Shown here: in pieces, positions 55,763 through 64,000 of the stretch | Layout of the letters: each line of letters starts with the position of its first letter | Numbering within the stretch: position 1 is the stretch's first letter | DNA from: an uncultured Gammaproteobacteria bacterium | Lineage (GTDB): Bacteria; Patescibacteriota; Microgenomatia; CAZETR01; Amesbacteraceae | Length of the DNA stretch: 64,000 nucleotides | Direction: 5' to 3' | Assembly (NCBI GenBank): GCA_964518565.1 | Contig: CAZFGX010000001.1 | Coordinates: forward strand, 139,046-203,045 | Position numbers and translations under genes: made by a program | The notes under the pieces: generated by a model | What the model saw: only the letters and a program-made list of their open reading frames with translations | The model's database searches: none | What the model was told of the DNA's origin: nothing

Positions 55763-56633
55763 TCATTTCAAAAATGCCACTCACCGAATACTGCGATCAC
55801 CATACCAAGCTATGGCAGCGATTTTAATTATGACTATGACTTTATTTTTAGCTAGTGTATTTTCTTTGGTTGCTGCTGGATCAGAAGCCGTATTGAGTTA
55901 TTTTGAAACTCGGCCGCAAATCAATGCCTATTTTAAAAGTGACTATACGCCCACGCAAACAGAAATTGATCGCATGTCAGCTCAGCTGCTTGCCACAGCA
56001 GAGGTAGAGTCAGTGAAATTCGTTTCAAAAGAAGAAGCTCTGAGAATCTATAAGGAAAGCAATAAGTCAGACCCTTTATTGCTCGAAGCTGTAAACGCCA
56101 CAATGCTCCCCGCATCGCTAGAGATATCCGCCAAAAATCCACAGCGACTCAAAACAATCGCTGAAGATATTAAAAACGAACCAAATATTGACGATGTACG
56201 TTTTGCTGAAGATATTGTAGAAAATCTGACAAAGTGGACAGGGTCTGTGCGTATAGTTGGTATTGCCCTGGTTGGGACAAATGTAGCCATAACCTTCATT
56301 GTAATTTTATTAATCATCAGTATCAAAGTTGCAAGTCGTAGAGAAGAAATTACTACACTGCAATTAATTGGTGCTACTCCAGCATACATCTCAGCGCCAT
56401 TTATTTGGGAGGGGATTATGTATGGCACGTTGGGGGCTATCTTCGCCTGGGTAATAACTTATACAATTCTGCTTTATTCAATGCCTTTTCTGGTTACATT
56501 TCTTGCGGGTATTCCAATCCTGCCTCCACCTCTATGGTTTATGGGCAGTTTGCTCGGTACGGAATTTTTACTCGGTACGATTGTGGGTGGCATGGGTGGA
56601 GGTTTGGCAGTCCGTCGATACCTCAAAGCATGA
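55755..56633 (+). CDS. ftsX: Cell division permease FtsX
   Basis: FVSKEEAL, LPASLEI, RREEI..LIGAT..I.APF..EG. Confidence 0.92.
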   Translation: MNSHFKNATHRILRSPYQAMAAILIMTMTLFLASVFSLVAAGSEAVLSYFETRPQINAYFKSDYTPTQTEIDRMSAQLLATAEVESVKFVSKEEALRIYKESNKSDPLLLEAVNATMLPASLEISAKNPQRLKTIAEDIKNEPNIDDVRFAEDIVENLTKWTGSVRIVGIALVGTNVAITFIVILLIISIKVASRREEITTLQLIGATPAYISAPFIWEGIMYGTLGAIFAWVITYTILLYSMPFLVTFLAGIPILPPPLWFMGSLLGTEFLLGTIVGGMGGGLAVRRYLKA

Positions 56634-57706
56634 GAAAAACCAGTCTATTTTTGATCACTATCAGCTTTTTTATTATTTCGGTTTTTCATGTCTATGCTTC
56701 AGATATCGAAGATAAAGAGAATCAAATCAAAGACTTAGAAAAGAAAGTCTCTTCTCTTCATTCACAAGCTAAAACGTTGGCTGATCAAGTCGCATATTAT
56801 GACGGTCAGATTCAGCTTACCAGCTTAAAAATCTCTCAAACAGAAATTTTGGTCGCTACAATTTCAGACAAAATAAATACCTTAGAATCAAAACTTCAAC
56901 AGCGTTCTGTGGTATTGGAAAAGCAAATAGTTCAAACCTATAAACATGGTCAAACATCGACACTGGAAATTTTGTTAGCCGCAGACAATTTCTCAGACAT
57001 AATCTCAAAAGCAAAGTATCTTCAAATAGTCCAGGATAACAGTCGTAAATTTCTCCATGACACCCAAATAGTTCAAAGCAGCTACTCTGAACAAAAAAAT
57101 TTAATGCAGGAGTCAAAAAAAAGACTTGAGACACAAAAAACTAATCTGGCAAATCTAAAAGTCGATAAAGATAACTTATTACGTCAAACAAAAAACGACG
57201 AAGTTTTATACCAAAAACAGCTTGAACGAGCCAGATTAGAATTAGAAGCTATCCGTTCAGCCTTGGCTGCAGGAAAAAAAGAAGGCCCTGTAAAAAAAGG
57301 TGATCCAATTGCCTTGATGGGAAATTCCGGTTATCCAAGTTGTAGTACTGGAGCGCACTTACACTTTGAAGTACGAATCAATGATCAATGGGTTAATGCT
57401 GAAACATATATCAAAAATCGCACCGACAAGTATGGGCTAAATATTGGTTCTGGTCAGTGGGATTGGCCAATGAAAGGTGATATTCAGGTAACTCAGCGAT
57501 ATGGAAAAACGCCATACTCCTACGTATATCTCTATAGTGGAGGAATTCATACTGGAGTTGACATGGTAAGTAGTGACAAGGTCATATATGCCCCTGAAGA
57601 CGGAGAGTTGTACTCATATACAGGTAAATGTGGTAGTTCAAACTTAAATATTAAATACATAGACCATGGCAAAGGTCTCAAGACTCTCTATCTTCACGTA
57701 CAGTAA
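56630..57706 (+). CDS. Coiled-coil (PcsB/EnvC-like) M23 peptidase, circularly permuted
   Basis: Signal peptide, long coiled coil, STGAHLHFEV before HTGVD. Confidence 0.85.
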   Translation: MRKTSLFLITISFFIISVFHVYASDIEDKENQIKDLEKKVSSLHSQAKTLADQVAYYDGQIQLTSLKISQTEILVATISDKINTLESKLQQRSVVLEKQIVQTYKHGQTSTLEILLAADNFSDIISKAKYLQIVQDNSRKFLHDTQIVQSSYSEQKNLMQESKKRLETQKTNLANLKVDKDNLLRQTKNDEVLYQKQLERARLELEAIRSALAAGKKEGPVKKGDPIALMGNSGYPSCSTGAHLHFEVRINDQWVNAETYIKNRTDKYGLNIGSGQWDWPMKGDIQVTQRYGKTPYSYVYLYSGGIHTGVDMVSSDKVIYAPEDGELYSYTGKCGSSNLNIKYIDHGKGLKTLYLHVQ

Positions 57707-58406
57707 ATCGGTAGTAATTTATCTGCTGGTATCGGCATCGGTCGTTTATGCGTCAGAGAATATTCAAATTAGCGAAATTCTACCCAATCCTGCCAATGAA
57801 AACGATGAGTACATCGAATTAATAAATTTGGGCGACATGCCAACAGATCTAAATGGGTTTAGCTTGGATGATGAGCCAAACGCTGGGTCAAAGCCTTATA
57901 AAATTTCTAGTCAAACAATTATTGTTCCACAGGAAAAGAAACGTTTTTTTAAAAACCAGACAAATATTGCGCTAAATAATTCAAAACAAAAAGACCAAGA
58001 TTACGCTGACATTGTTCAATTAATAGATAAGCAAGGAAGTCTTCTTGACTCGATAAAATATTTATCCACACAAACTGATATACCAATCGCTCATACACTA
58101 CCCACAATTACTCCTTTACCCCCTTCTCCAACCCAAATCATATCTCTTGCCACCCCCACACTGACTCCAACCGCCAAACCTCAACCTACTTACAGTCCAT
58201 CTCCTCAACCGTCCACTTCTCAAGTTTTAGGAAAAGAAGTACCAATTGAGACAATCTCTACACCAACCCCGTCCTCGATAACGACAATTTCAAATAACAA
58301 ACCAAAAAAACACCTAAATATAGGTATTATTTTTATCATTCTTGGAACACTATTTTTAGCAACCTCAATCATTATAATTAAAAAGAACTATAGGATAAAT
58401 GACTAA
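57666..58406 (+). CDS. Lamin-tail domain surface protein with P/T stalk and C-terminal TM
   Basis: ISEILPNP..EYIEL.N..DL.G..L; LNN. Confidence 0.8.
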   Translation: MAKVSRLSIFTYSKSVVIYLLVSASVVYASENIQISEILPNPANENDEYIELINLGDMPTDLNGFSLDDEPNAGSKPYKISSQTIIVPQEKKRFFKNQTNIALNNSKQKDQDYADIVQLIDKQGSLLDSIKYLSTQTDIPIAHTLPTITPLPPSPTQIISLATPTLTPTAKPQPTYSPSPQPSTSQVLGKEVPIETISTPTPSSITTISNNKPKKHLNIGIIFIILGTLFLATSIIIIKKNYRIND

Positions 58407-58443
58407 TACACTATAGGATAGACAAATATCAACATCTCTGATA

Positions 58444-58491
58444 TAATAAACAAAGTATGCCCCAATATATGGGGCATTTTTAAACTTGGTA
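58444..58491 (+). promoter_or_regulatory. -10 followed by a terminator-like hairpin before the polysaccharide locus
   Basis: TATAAT 58444; ATGCCCCA-ATATA-TGGGGCAT plus TTTT. Confidence 0.45.
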
Positions 58492-58505
58492 ACTATAGAG
58501 AAAAA

Positions 58506-61500
58506 ATGAGTACAAATATGTCAAAACTCGATATCGTAGTCCCAGCAAAAAATGAGGCCGAAAATTTGCCAAAACTATTGGACAGAATAGCCAAGGCTTT
58601 GGACTCCACTAACGTGCCTTACCAAGTCATTGTCGTAAACGACTATTCAACAGACACAACAGCTAGTGTAGTTACTAATTTGGCAAAAAAATATCCAGTA
58701 AAACTTGTAAACAAGGCTGGATTACCCGGGAAGGCGTATGCAGTTTTAGAGGGTGCAGCAGTGGCGCAAGCGGAAACCATCGCTATGATTGATGCCGATC
58801 TGCAGTATCCACCAGAAGCTATTCCTGAAATGTATAACAAGGCTCAAATTGCCGGCATGGTTGTTGCGAATCGAAAAAAAGCTCAGACTTCAAAACTACG
58901 CCGATTTGTCTCTAAGACCAACCGTTCTTTGACCGGCAAATTGTTATTAGGATTTAATTGTGACACCCAATCTGGGCTGAAAGTTTTTAAAAGAGAAATT
59001 ATTACCCATCTTCAATCAGCAGATATATTTCCCTGGGCGCTTGATATTCCATTGCTTCATACAGCCAGAGAGTTGGGGTACAAAATCGACACTGTAGATA
59101 TTGATTTTGCTCAAAGAAATAGCGGAACTTCTCATGTAAATGTAATGCGTGCCACTAAGCAAATAGCATGGGGTGCACTAAAGACTAAAGTAGCCAAGCA
59201 AAAAATCTATAAGATAAAACCCATAGATACAAAAACCAGTGTCGGTGCCGGAGTGGCATTTAAGCGTCGCAGATTCATTACTCACAGCAATCTGCCACAT
59301 GAAGATTCTGCAGTTCAAACTATCACTTCATCGCAAAAAGCAGTCTTCTATATCGTTTTGGGTATTTTAGGTGTCTGTTTTGCACTATTTCCACTAAAAA
59401 CAGCAATTGTAATACTTGGAATTCTAAGTTTTGTTTACTTTATCGACATGATTTTTTCTCTCTGGATTGTCGTTAAAAGTCTACACATACCGCCTGAACT
59501 TTCATATACCAAAGAACAGCTTGAGCGGTTGCATCCAGAGCGCCTTCCTATGTACACAATTTTGTGTCCTTTATACAAAGAAGCTCGTGTACTACCTCAC
59601 TTTATCGAGGCAATAGACAAACTAGACTGGCCAAAAGATAAATTAGAAGTTTTACTTCTATTAGAAGAAGACGACCATGAAACATTGGCTGCTGCCAAGG
59701 CAATGGGTGTTCCAAAATATATCCAGCCAGTTGTAGTTCCTCATTCATTCCCCAAAACAAAACCAAAAGCTTGCAATTATGGACTACAAATAGCAACTGG
59801 GGAATATGTTGTTATCTATGATGCAGAAGATCAACCAGATGCAGATCAGTTGAAAAAAGCATACTTAGGATTTCAAAAATCATCCCACAAAGTAGTCTGC
59901 CTACAGGCAAAATTAAACTATTTCAACCCAAAACAAAATCTTCTCACCAGATTGTTTACCGCAGAATATTCACTCTGGTTTGATATCGTTTTACCTGGCT
60001 ATCAATCATTAAACACAACTATTCCTCTGGGTGGTACAAGTAATCATTTCCGGACAAAAATTTTGCGTGAGCTGCATGGTTGGGATGCATTCAATGTGAC
60101 TGAAGATTGTGATCTCGGAGCACGTTTATTTAAAAAAGGCTATCAGACATCCCTTATTGACTCAACTACGCTAGAAGAAGCAAACAGTAAATGGGGTAAT
60201 TGGTTACGGCAACGTTCTCGCTGGATGAAAGGTTATATGCAAACATTATTAGTTCATAATCGTCAACCCGTAAAATTTGTGAAAGAGCATGGATGGCATG
60301 CATTTATATTTCAGCTGGTTGTTGGTGGAAAAACTCTATTTACAATCATCAATCCAATTTTATGGTTATCAACAATTGCATATTTTGCTGCTTATAAAAT
60401 TGTTGGCCCCACCATCGAATCGCTATTTCCTCCGATAGTTTTTTATATGGCAGCATTCTCTGCGTTATTTGGCAATTTTTTGTACTTGTACTACTACATG
60501 TTGGGGTGTGCCAAACGAGGTCATTGGGAATTAGTCAAATATGTGTTTGTAATTCCATTTTACTGGCTAGCAGTTAGCGTAGCCGCATGTAAGGCGCTAG
60601 TCCAATTACTAACCAAGCCGCACTATTGGGAAAAAACAAATCATGGATTACATTTAAAAAAAACCAAAGCAGATTCAAAAATAAACGAAATCACTACTGA
60701 TTTATCAGATTTATTCGAAAATGCAAAAAAAAATGACAAAAAATCTGAACAGTCTCTCAGAATTCTGATATTAAATTGGCGAGACATGTCTCATAAGTGG
60801 GCTGGTGGGGCAGAGGTATATGTACAAGAGTTAGCTAAAAGATGGGTGAAGGCTGGACACAATGTCACAATTTTTTGTGGAAACGATGGTAGTCAATCCA
60901 GAAATAAAATCCAGGATGGCGTAAAAATTATCCGACGCGGTGGAACTTATTTAGTTTATGTATGGGCAATACTTTATTACATATTCAAGTTTCGTAATCA
61001 GTTCGATATCGTAATAGATAGCGAAAACGGTATTCCATTTTTTACACCGTTGTATGTCAGAGTACCAAAATTTTTACTAATTCATCATGTTCATCAAAAC
61101 GTATTTCGAGAGCATTTAAAGTTCCCGCTCGCGCAAATTGGTGTTTTTTTGGAAGCCAAATTAATGCCATTCATTTATCGAAACCAAAATATTGTCACAG
61201 TATCTGAATCGTCAAAAGTTGATATCCAAAACCTCGGATTTGCCAGTCGTGCAAATATTACGATAGTTAGTCCTGGAATAAACATCACCAGCTTCTCGCC
61301 GTCACTAAAAACTAAATATCCTTCATTTGTATATTTAGGCAGAATTAGGCCATATAAAAATCTTGATGTAGCAATATCAGCATTCAAAAAACTAACCCTA
61401 TACCAGCCAAACGCGACATTAAAAATAGCAGGGTGGGGAGAAAACATCTCACAATTAAAAAATCAGGTCAAAAACCTCGGACTCAACAGCAAAGTTCAAT

Positions 61501-61907
61501 TTTTGGGGCGAGTAACAGAGGAAGAAAAAAAACTTCTACTTTCTTCATCGTGGGCCATGTTGCAGCCTAGCTCATTTGAAGGATGGGGTATTACAGTTAT
61601 TGAAGCGAATGCATGTGGCACACCAGTTATCGCATCGGATGTAATTGGTTTACGAGATTCAGTAATCCCCAATAAAACAGGCATCCTCGTCCCATTAAAA
61701 GATATTGATGCCCTAGCCATGGCGATGAACAGAATGATTGTGGATCCTACATACCGAATATCAATGACTAATAGTGCCATAAACTGGGCAAAAAATTTTG
61801 ATTGGGACCAACAATCAAAAAGATTTTTCAATGTAATTTCAGACGCATATTTTTATAAACCCAATTATCAAATAATGAAAAAAAAGGCATTTATAACCCA
61901 ATCTTAA
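58506..61907 (+). CDS. Triple glycosyltransferase fusion: GT2 (DPM-like) + processive GT2 + GT4
   Basis: PAKNE/DADLQ; DAED, TEDCD, QRSRW; GGAE, EGWG..EA.ACG.PV. Confidence 0.9.
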   Translation: MSTNMSKLDIVVPAKNEAENLPKLLDRIAKALDSTNVPYQVIVVNDYSTDTTASVVTNLAKKYPVKLVNKAGLPGKAYAVLEGAAVAQAETIAMIDADLQYPPEAIPEMYNKAQIAGMVVANRKKAQTSKLRRFVSKTNRSLTGKLLLGFNCDTQSGLKVFKREIITHLQSADIFPWALDIPLLHTARELGYKIDTVDIDFAQRNSGTSHVNVMRATKQIAWGALKTKVAKQKIYKIKPIDTKTSVGAGVAFKRRRFITHSNLPHEDSAVQTITSSQKAVFYIVLGILGVCFALFPLKTAIVILGILSFVYFIDMIFSLWIVVKSLHIPPELSYTKEQLERLHPERLPMYTILCPLYKEARVLPHFIEAIDKLDWPKDKLEVLLLLEEDDHETLAAAKAMGVPKYIQPVVVPHSFPKTKPKACNYGLQIATGEYVVIYDAEDQPDADQLKKAYLGFQKSSHKVVCLQAKLNYFNPKQNLLTRLFTAEYSLWFDIVLPGYQSLNTTIPLGGTSNHFRTKILRELHGWDAFNVTEDCDLGARLFKKGYQTSLIDSTTLEEANSKWGNWLRQRSRWMKGYMQTLLVHNRQPVKFVKEHGWHAFIFQLVVGGKTLFTIINPILWLSTIAYFAAYKIVGPTIESLFPPIVFYMAAFSALFGNFLYLYYYMLGCAKRGHWELVKYVFVIPFYWLAVSVAACKALVQLLTKPHYWEKTNHGLHLKKTKADSKINEITTDLSDLFENAKKNDKKSEQSLRILILNWRDMSHKWAGGAEVYVQELAKRWVKAGHNVTIFCGNDGSQSRNKIQDGVKIIRRGGTYLVYVWAILYYIFKFRNQFDIVIDSENGIPFFTPLYVRVPKFLLIHHVHQNVFREHLKFPLAQIGVFLEAKLMPFIYRNQNIVTVSESSKVDIQNLGFASRANITIVSPGINITSFSPSLKTKYPSFVYLGRIRPYKNLDVAISAFKKLTLYQPNATLKIAGWGENISQLKNQVKNLGLNSKVQFLGRVTEEEKKLLLSSSWAMLQPSSFEGWGITVIEANACGTPVIASDVIGLRDSVIPNKTGILVPLKDIDALAMAMNRMIVDPTYRISMTNSAINWAKNFDWDQQSKRFFNVISDAYFYKPNYQIMKKKAFITQS

Positions 61908-61911
61908 TTAT

Positions 61912-62802
61912 ATGGAAAAAATTCAATCACTATTGGCCCTACTACTAAATTTCAAATCAGAAAATGTTAATCAACCTCCAAAGCAGGTTAAAAAATTTCA
62001 GTTGAAAAAAAATGTAAACCCAAACACTCAAGATCGACGTTTCGCAGTTGGTATATATGTATATAAAAACTCAAAAGTATTTATTAAAACCTGGACAGGA
62101 AAAATGAAAAATTTTGATTATTACGCATTACAAAATGAGATAACCGCCAACAAAATTCTTAGAAAGTATATAGAAAAGTTAAAAATAAATCATCTGTTCA
62201 CTGTTCCAAAAATTATAGAGATAGTCGAATCAAAAAACCAACTTTCAATAATATTTGAATATGTTGACGCCAAAACAATTGAGAATATTTCCACAAAAGA
62301 ACAAACTAAATTTATCAAACAAATCATATTTGGCTTAGATCTAATTTCAAAAAATTTATCAAAACAAGATAAAAAAATATTTCCCAAAAGAAATTTGTCT
62401 TGGCATGTAGAAATATTTTTATTTAAAATACTAAAATCAAATATTAGTATAAAAAATAAACTTTATGTCACCAAGCAAATATTAAATTCATATATAAATA
62501 GTCAAATCAATCCAAGTCAAAATAACTGCATTGCCCATGGTGATTTGCTTCCTACAAATATTCTAGTGAAAAAACAAAAGACTTTTCTTGTAGATTTGGG
62601 GCATACAGCAATTACATTTCCTCAATATGATATTTTATTTTTATCGACACAACCTGCAGGCATATCTTTAGTCAATGAACTACTTCCTCAAGGTTTATTA
62701 ATGACTCAAACATACGTCGCGAAAATAATTGCCTCAATATCATTAGTTTCTACAGAAAATCAAATTTTACAAGAATACTTTTACAAATTCATATGCGCAT
62801 AA
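61912..62802 (+). CDS. APH/choline-kinase-like phosphotransferase
   Basis: HGDLLPTNI, VDLG. Confidence 0.75.
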   Translation: MEKIQSLLALLLNFKSENVNQPPKQVKKFQLKKNVNPNTQDRRFAVGIYVYKNSKVFIKTWTGKMKNFDYYALQNEITANKILRKYIEKLKINHLFTVPKIIEIVESKNQLSIIFEYVDAKTIENISTKEQTKFIKQIIFGLDLISKNLSKQDKKIFPKRNLSWHVEIFLFKILKSNISIKNKLYVTKQILNSYINSQINPSQNNCIAHGDLLPTNILVKKQKTFLVDLGHTAITFPQYDILFLSTQPAGISLVNELLPQGLLMTQTYVAKIIASISLVSTENQILQEYFYKFICA

Positions 62803-63689
62803 AAATACCTGAAATCACTGTAGGAATCCCTGCATACAACGAATCCGCAAATATTGGCTTATTGCTTTCGGACATTAAAAAACAAAAGCTGGAAAATTTT
62901 AAATTAAAACAAATTATTGTTTCATCCGATGGCTCTACTGACCAAACAAATAAAATTGTCAAAAAATTTAAAGGCGTCAAACTATTTGCAAATAAAGACA
63001 GAAAAGGGTTGAGTCGTGGGTTAAATCAAATAATCTCAGCTACAAATACTGAGGTTCTAATTATCCTCAACGCCGATATTCGAATAAGGGATCTATATTG
63101 CATTTCTCGATTGGCATCTGAGATTTTGCATGGAAACGATCTGGTTTCATGTCCAATTGTTGACAATGGGGCAAAAAGTTTTATGGCTCAAACCCTATCC
63201 ATTAGCATGCTCTTAAAAGAGCAACTATTTAAAAATATTCGAAATGGTGTTAATCCATACGTTTGCCATGGACCTGCTCGTGCATTTTCAAAAAACTTTT
63301 ATAAAAAATTATTTTTCCCACTAAGCATTGGAGAAGATATGTATTCATATTTTGCCTGTATAGAAAATAAATTTAAATTTTATTATGTACGAGATACGTT
63401 TGTGAATTACAAATTACCTGAGACATTTGCTGACCACAACAAACAAAGTTCCAGATTTTTATCTATACATCACCACTTGTCCAAATATATAAATTCCACG
63501 GTCCTAGAAAATGAAATGCGAATTTCGTTTAAAGATTACATAATAGGAGCAATTCATTCATTGCCAGTAATATTAAAAAACATACCACATGTATTGATAT
63601 ATATTGGAATTGTTTTAGTTACCCGAATAAGTAGTTTCTTCAAAAAAACAAATCAGCAGATATGGTCAATTTCTACTACTTCAAAATAG
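62793..63689 (+). CDS. Glycosyltransferase family 2
   Basis: IPAYNE, SDGSTD, GED. Confidence 0.88.
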   Translation: MRIKIPEITVGIPAYNESANIGLLLSDIKKQKLENFKLKQIIVSSDGSTDQTNKIVKKFKGVKLFANKDRKGLSRGLNQIISATNTEVLIILNADIRIRDLYCISRLASEILHGNDLVSCPIVDNGAKSFMAQTLSISMLLKEQLFKNIRNGVNPYVCHGPARAFSKNFYKKLFFPLSIGEDMYSYFACIENKFKFYYVRDTFVNYKLPETFADHNKQSSRFLSIHHHLSKYINSTVLENEMRISFKDYIIGAIHSLPVILKNIPHVLIYIGIVLVTRISSFFKKTNQQIWSISTTSK

Positions 63690-63699
63690 TACACTAATT

Positions 63700-64000
63700 A
63701 TGTCTAAATATATTATTTCCTTAAGAAAATTATTATATAGAGCCCTCGGAATATTAGATGCCTTTCTGGGTAGAACAAGTCGGACGACTATATTGGCATA
63801 TCACGGGATTTCAAGCCAAAACTGGTACTTCGATATATCAGTAAAAGATTTTCAACTGCAGATACTGGAACTGAAAAAGCAATATCAATTCATATCAATG
63901 GAAGAGTTGGAACATCGCCTAAAAAATCCTGAGCAAATAAATACTAGACCTGCAATGGTTTTAACATTCGATGATGGTTACGAAAATATACTTTCAGTTG
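63700..64000 (+). CDS. Polysaccharide deacetylase, N-terminal part (runs off window)
   Basis: MSKYII..ILAYHGI..VLTFDDGY. Confidence 0.85.
   Translation, partial: MSKYIISLRKLLYRALGILDAFLGRTSRTTILAYHGISSQNWYFDISVKDFQLQILELKKQYQFISMEELEHRLKNPEQINTRPAMVLTFDDGYENILSV

Noticed and set aside
58484-58496. GCATTTTTAAAC as an eighth boxA-like site
   Set aside because: Poor match, and it forms the 3' arm and U-tract of a terminator-like hairpin.
814-63000. Many 60-130 aa ORFs antisense to or nested in recognised genes (e.g. 876-1271, 16902-17303, 34712-35092, 46594-46962)
   Set aside because: Shadow ORFs of well-supported genes, with no initiation signals or motifs.
1-64000. CRISPR array, rRNA, integrase, transposase, intein or intron
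   Set aside because: No regularly spaced repeats or diagnostic motifs were seen, and housekeeping proteins have normal lengths.

Overview
Chromosomal segment of an AT-rich, gene-dense bacterium. It is most likely Patescibacteria/CPR (Microgenomates-like); this is inferred from gene content and promoter style. The genetic code is standard code 11 and prfB is present. Housekeeping genes: gltX, xseAB, lon, greA, lysS, serS, secA, typA, prfB, ftsEX, sod. Also present: a Zn ABC importer, a MacAB-like exporter, an OmpR/HK pair, tRNA-Gln(CTG), tRNA-Glu(CTC), a carotenoid operon with a CrtI-CrtB fusion plus lycopene cyclase, a membrane-anchored Clp-type AAA+ ATPase, and the start of a polysaccharide locus. 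The most striking unexplained structure is a recurring leader in front of ORFan gene cassettes: promoter, then a hairpin (loop often C-AWTTGC-G), then a boxA-like GYWCWTTNAMAA motif, then a strong Shine-Dalgarno. The motif occurs seven times, while core genes appear mostly leaderless. A second signal is a TTCAG-N6-TT(C/A)AG direct-repeat regulon linking the two-component system, the MacAB-like operon and an unannotated 23-codon sORF. No CRISPR array, rRNA, integrase or transposase was seen.
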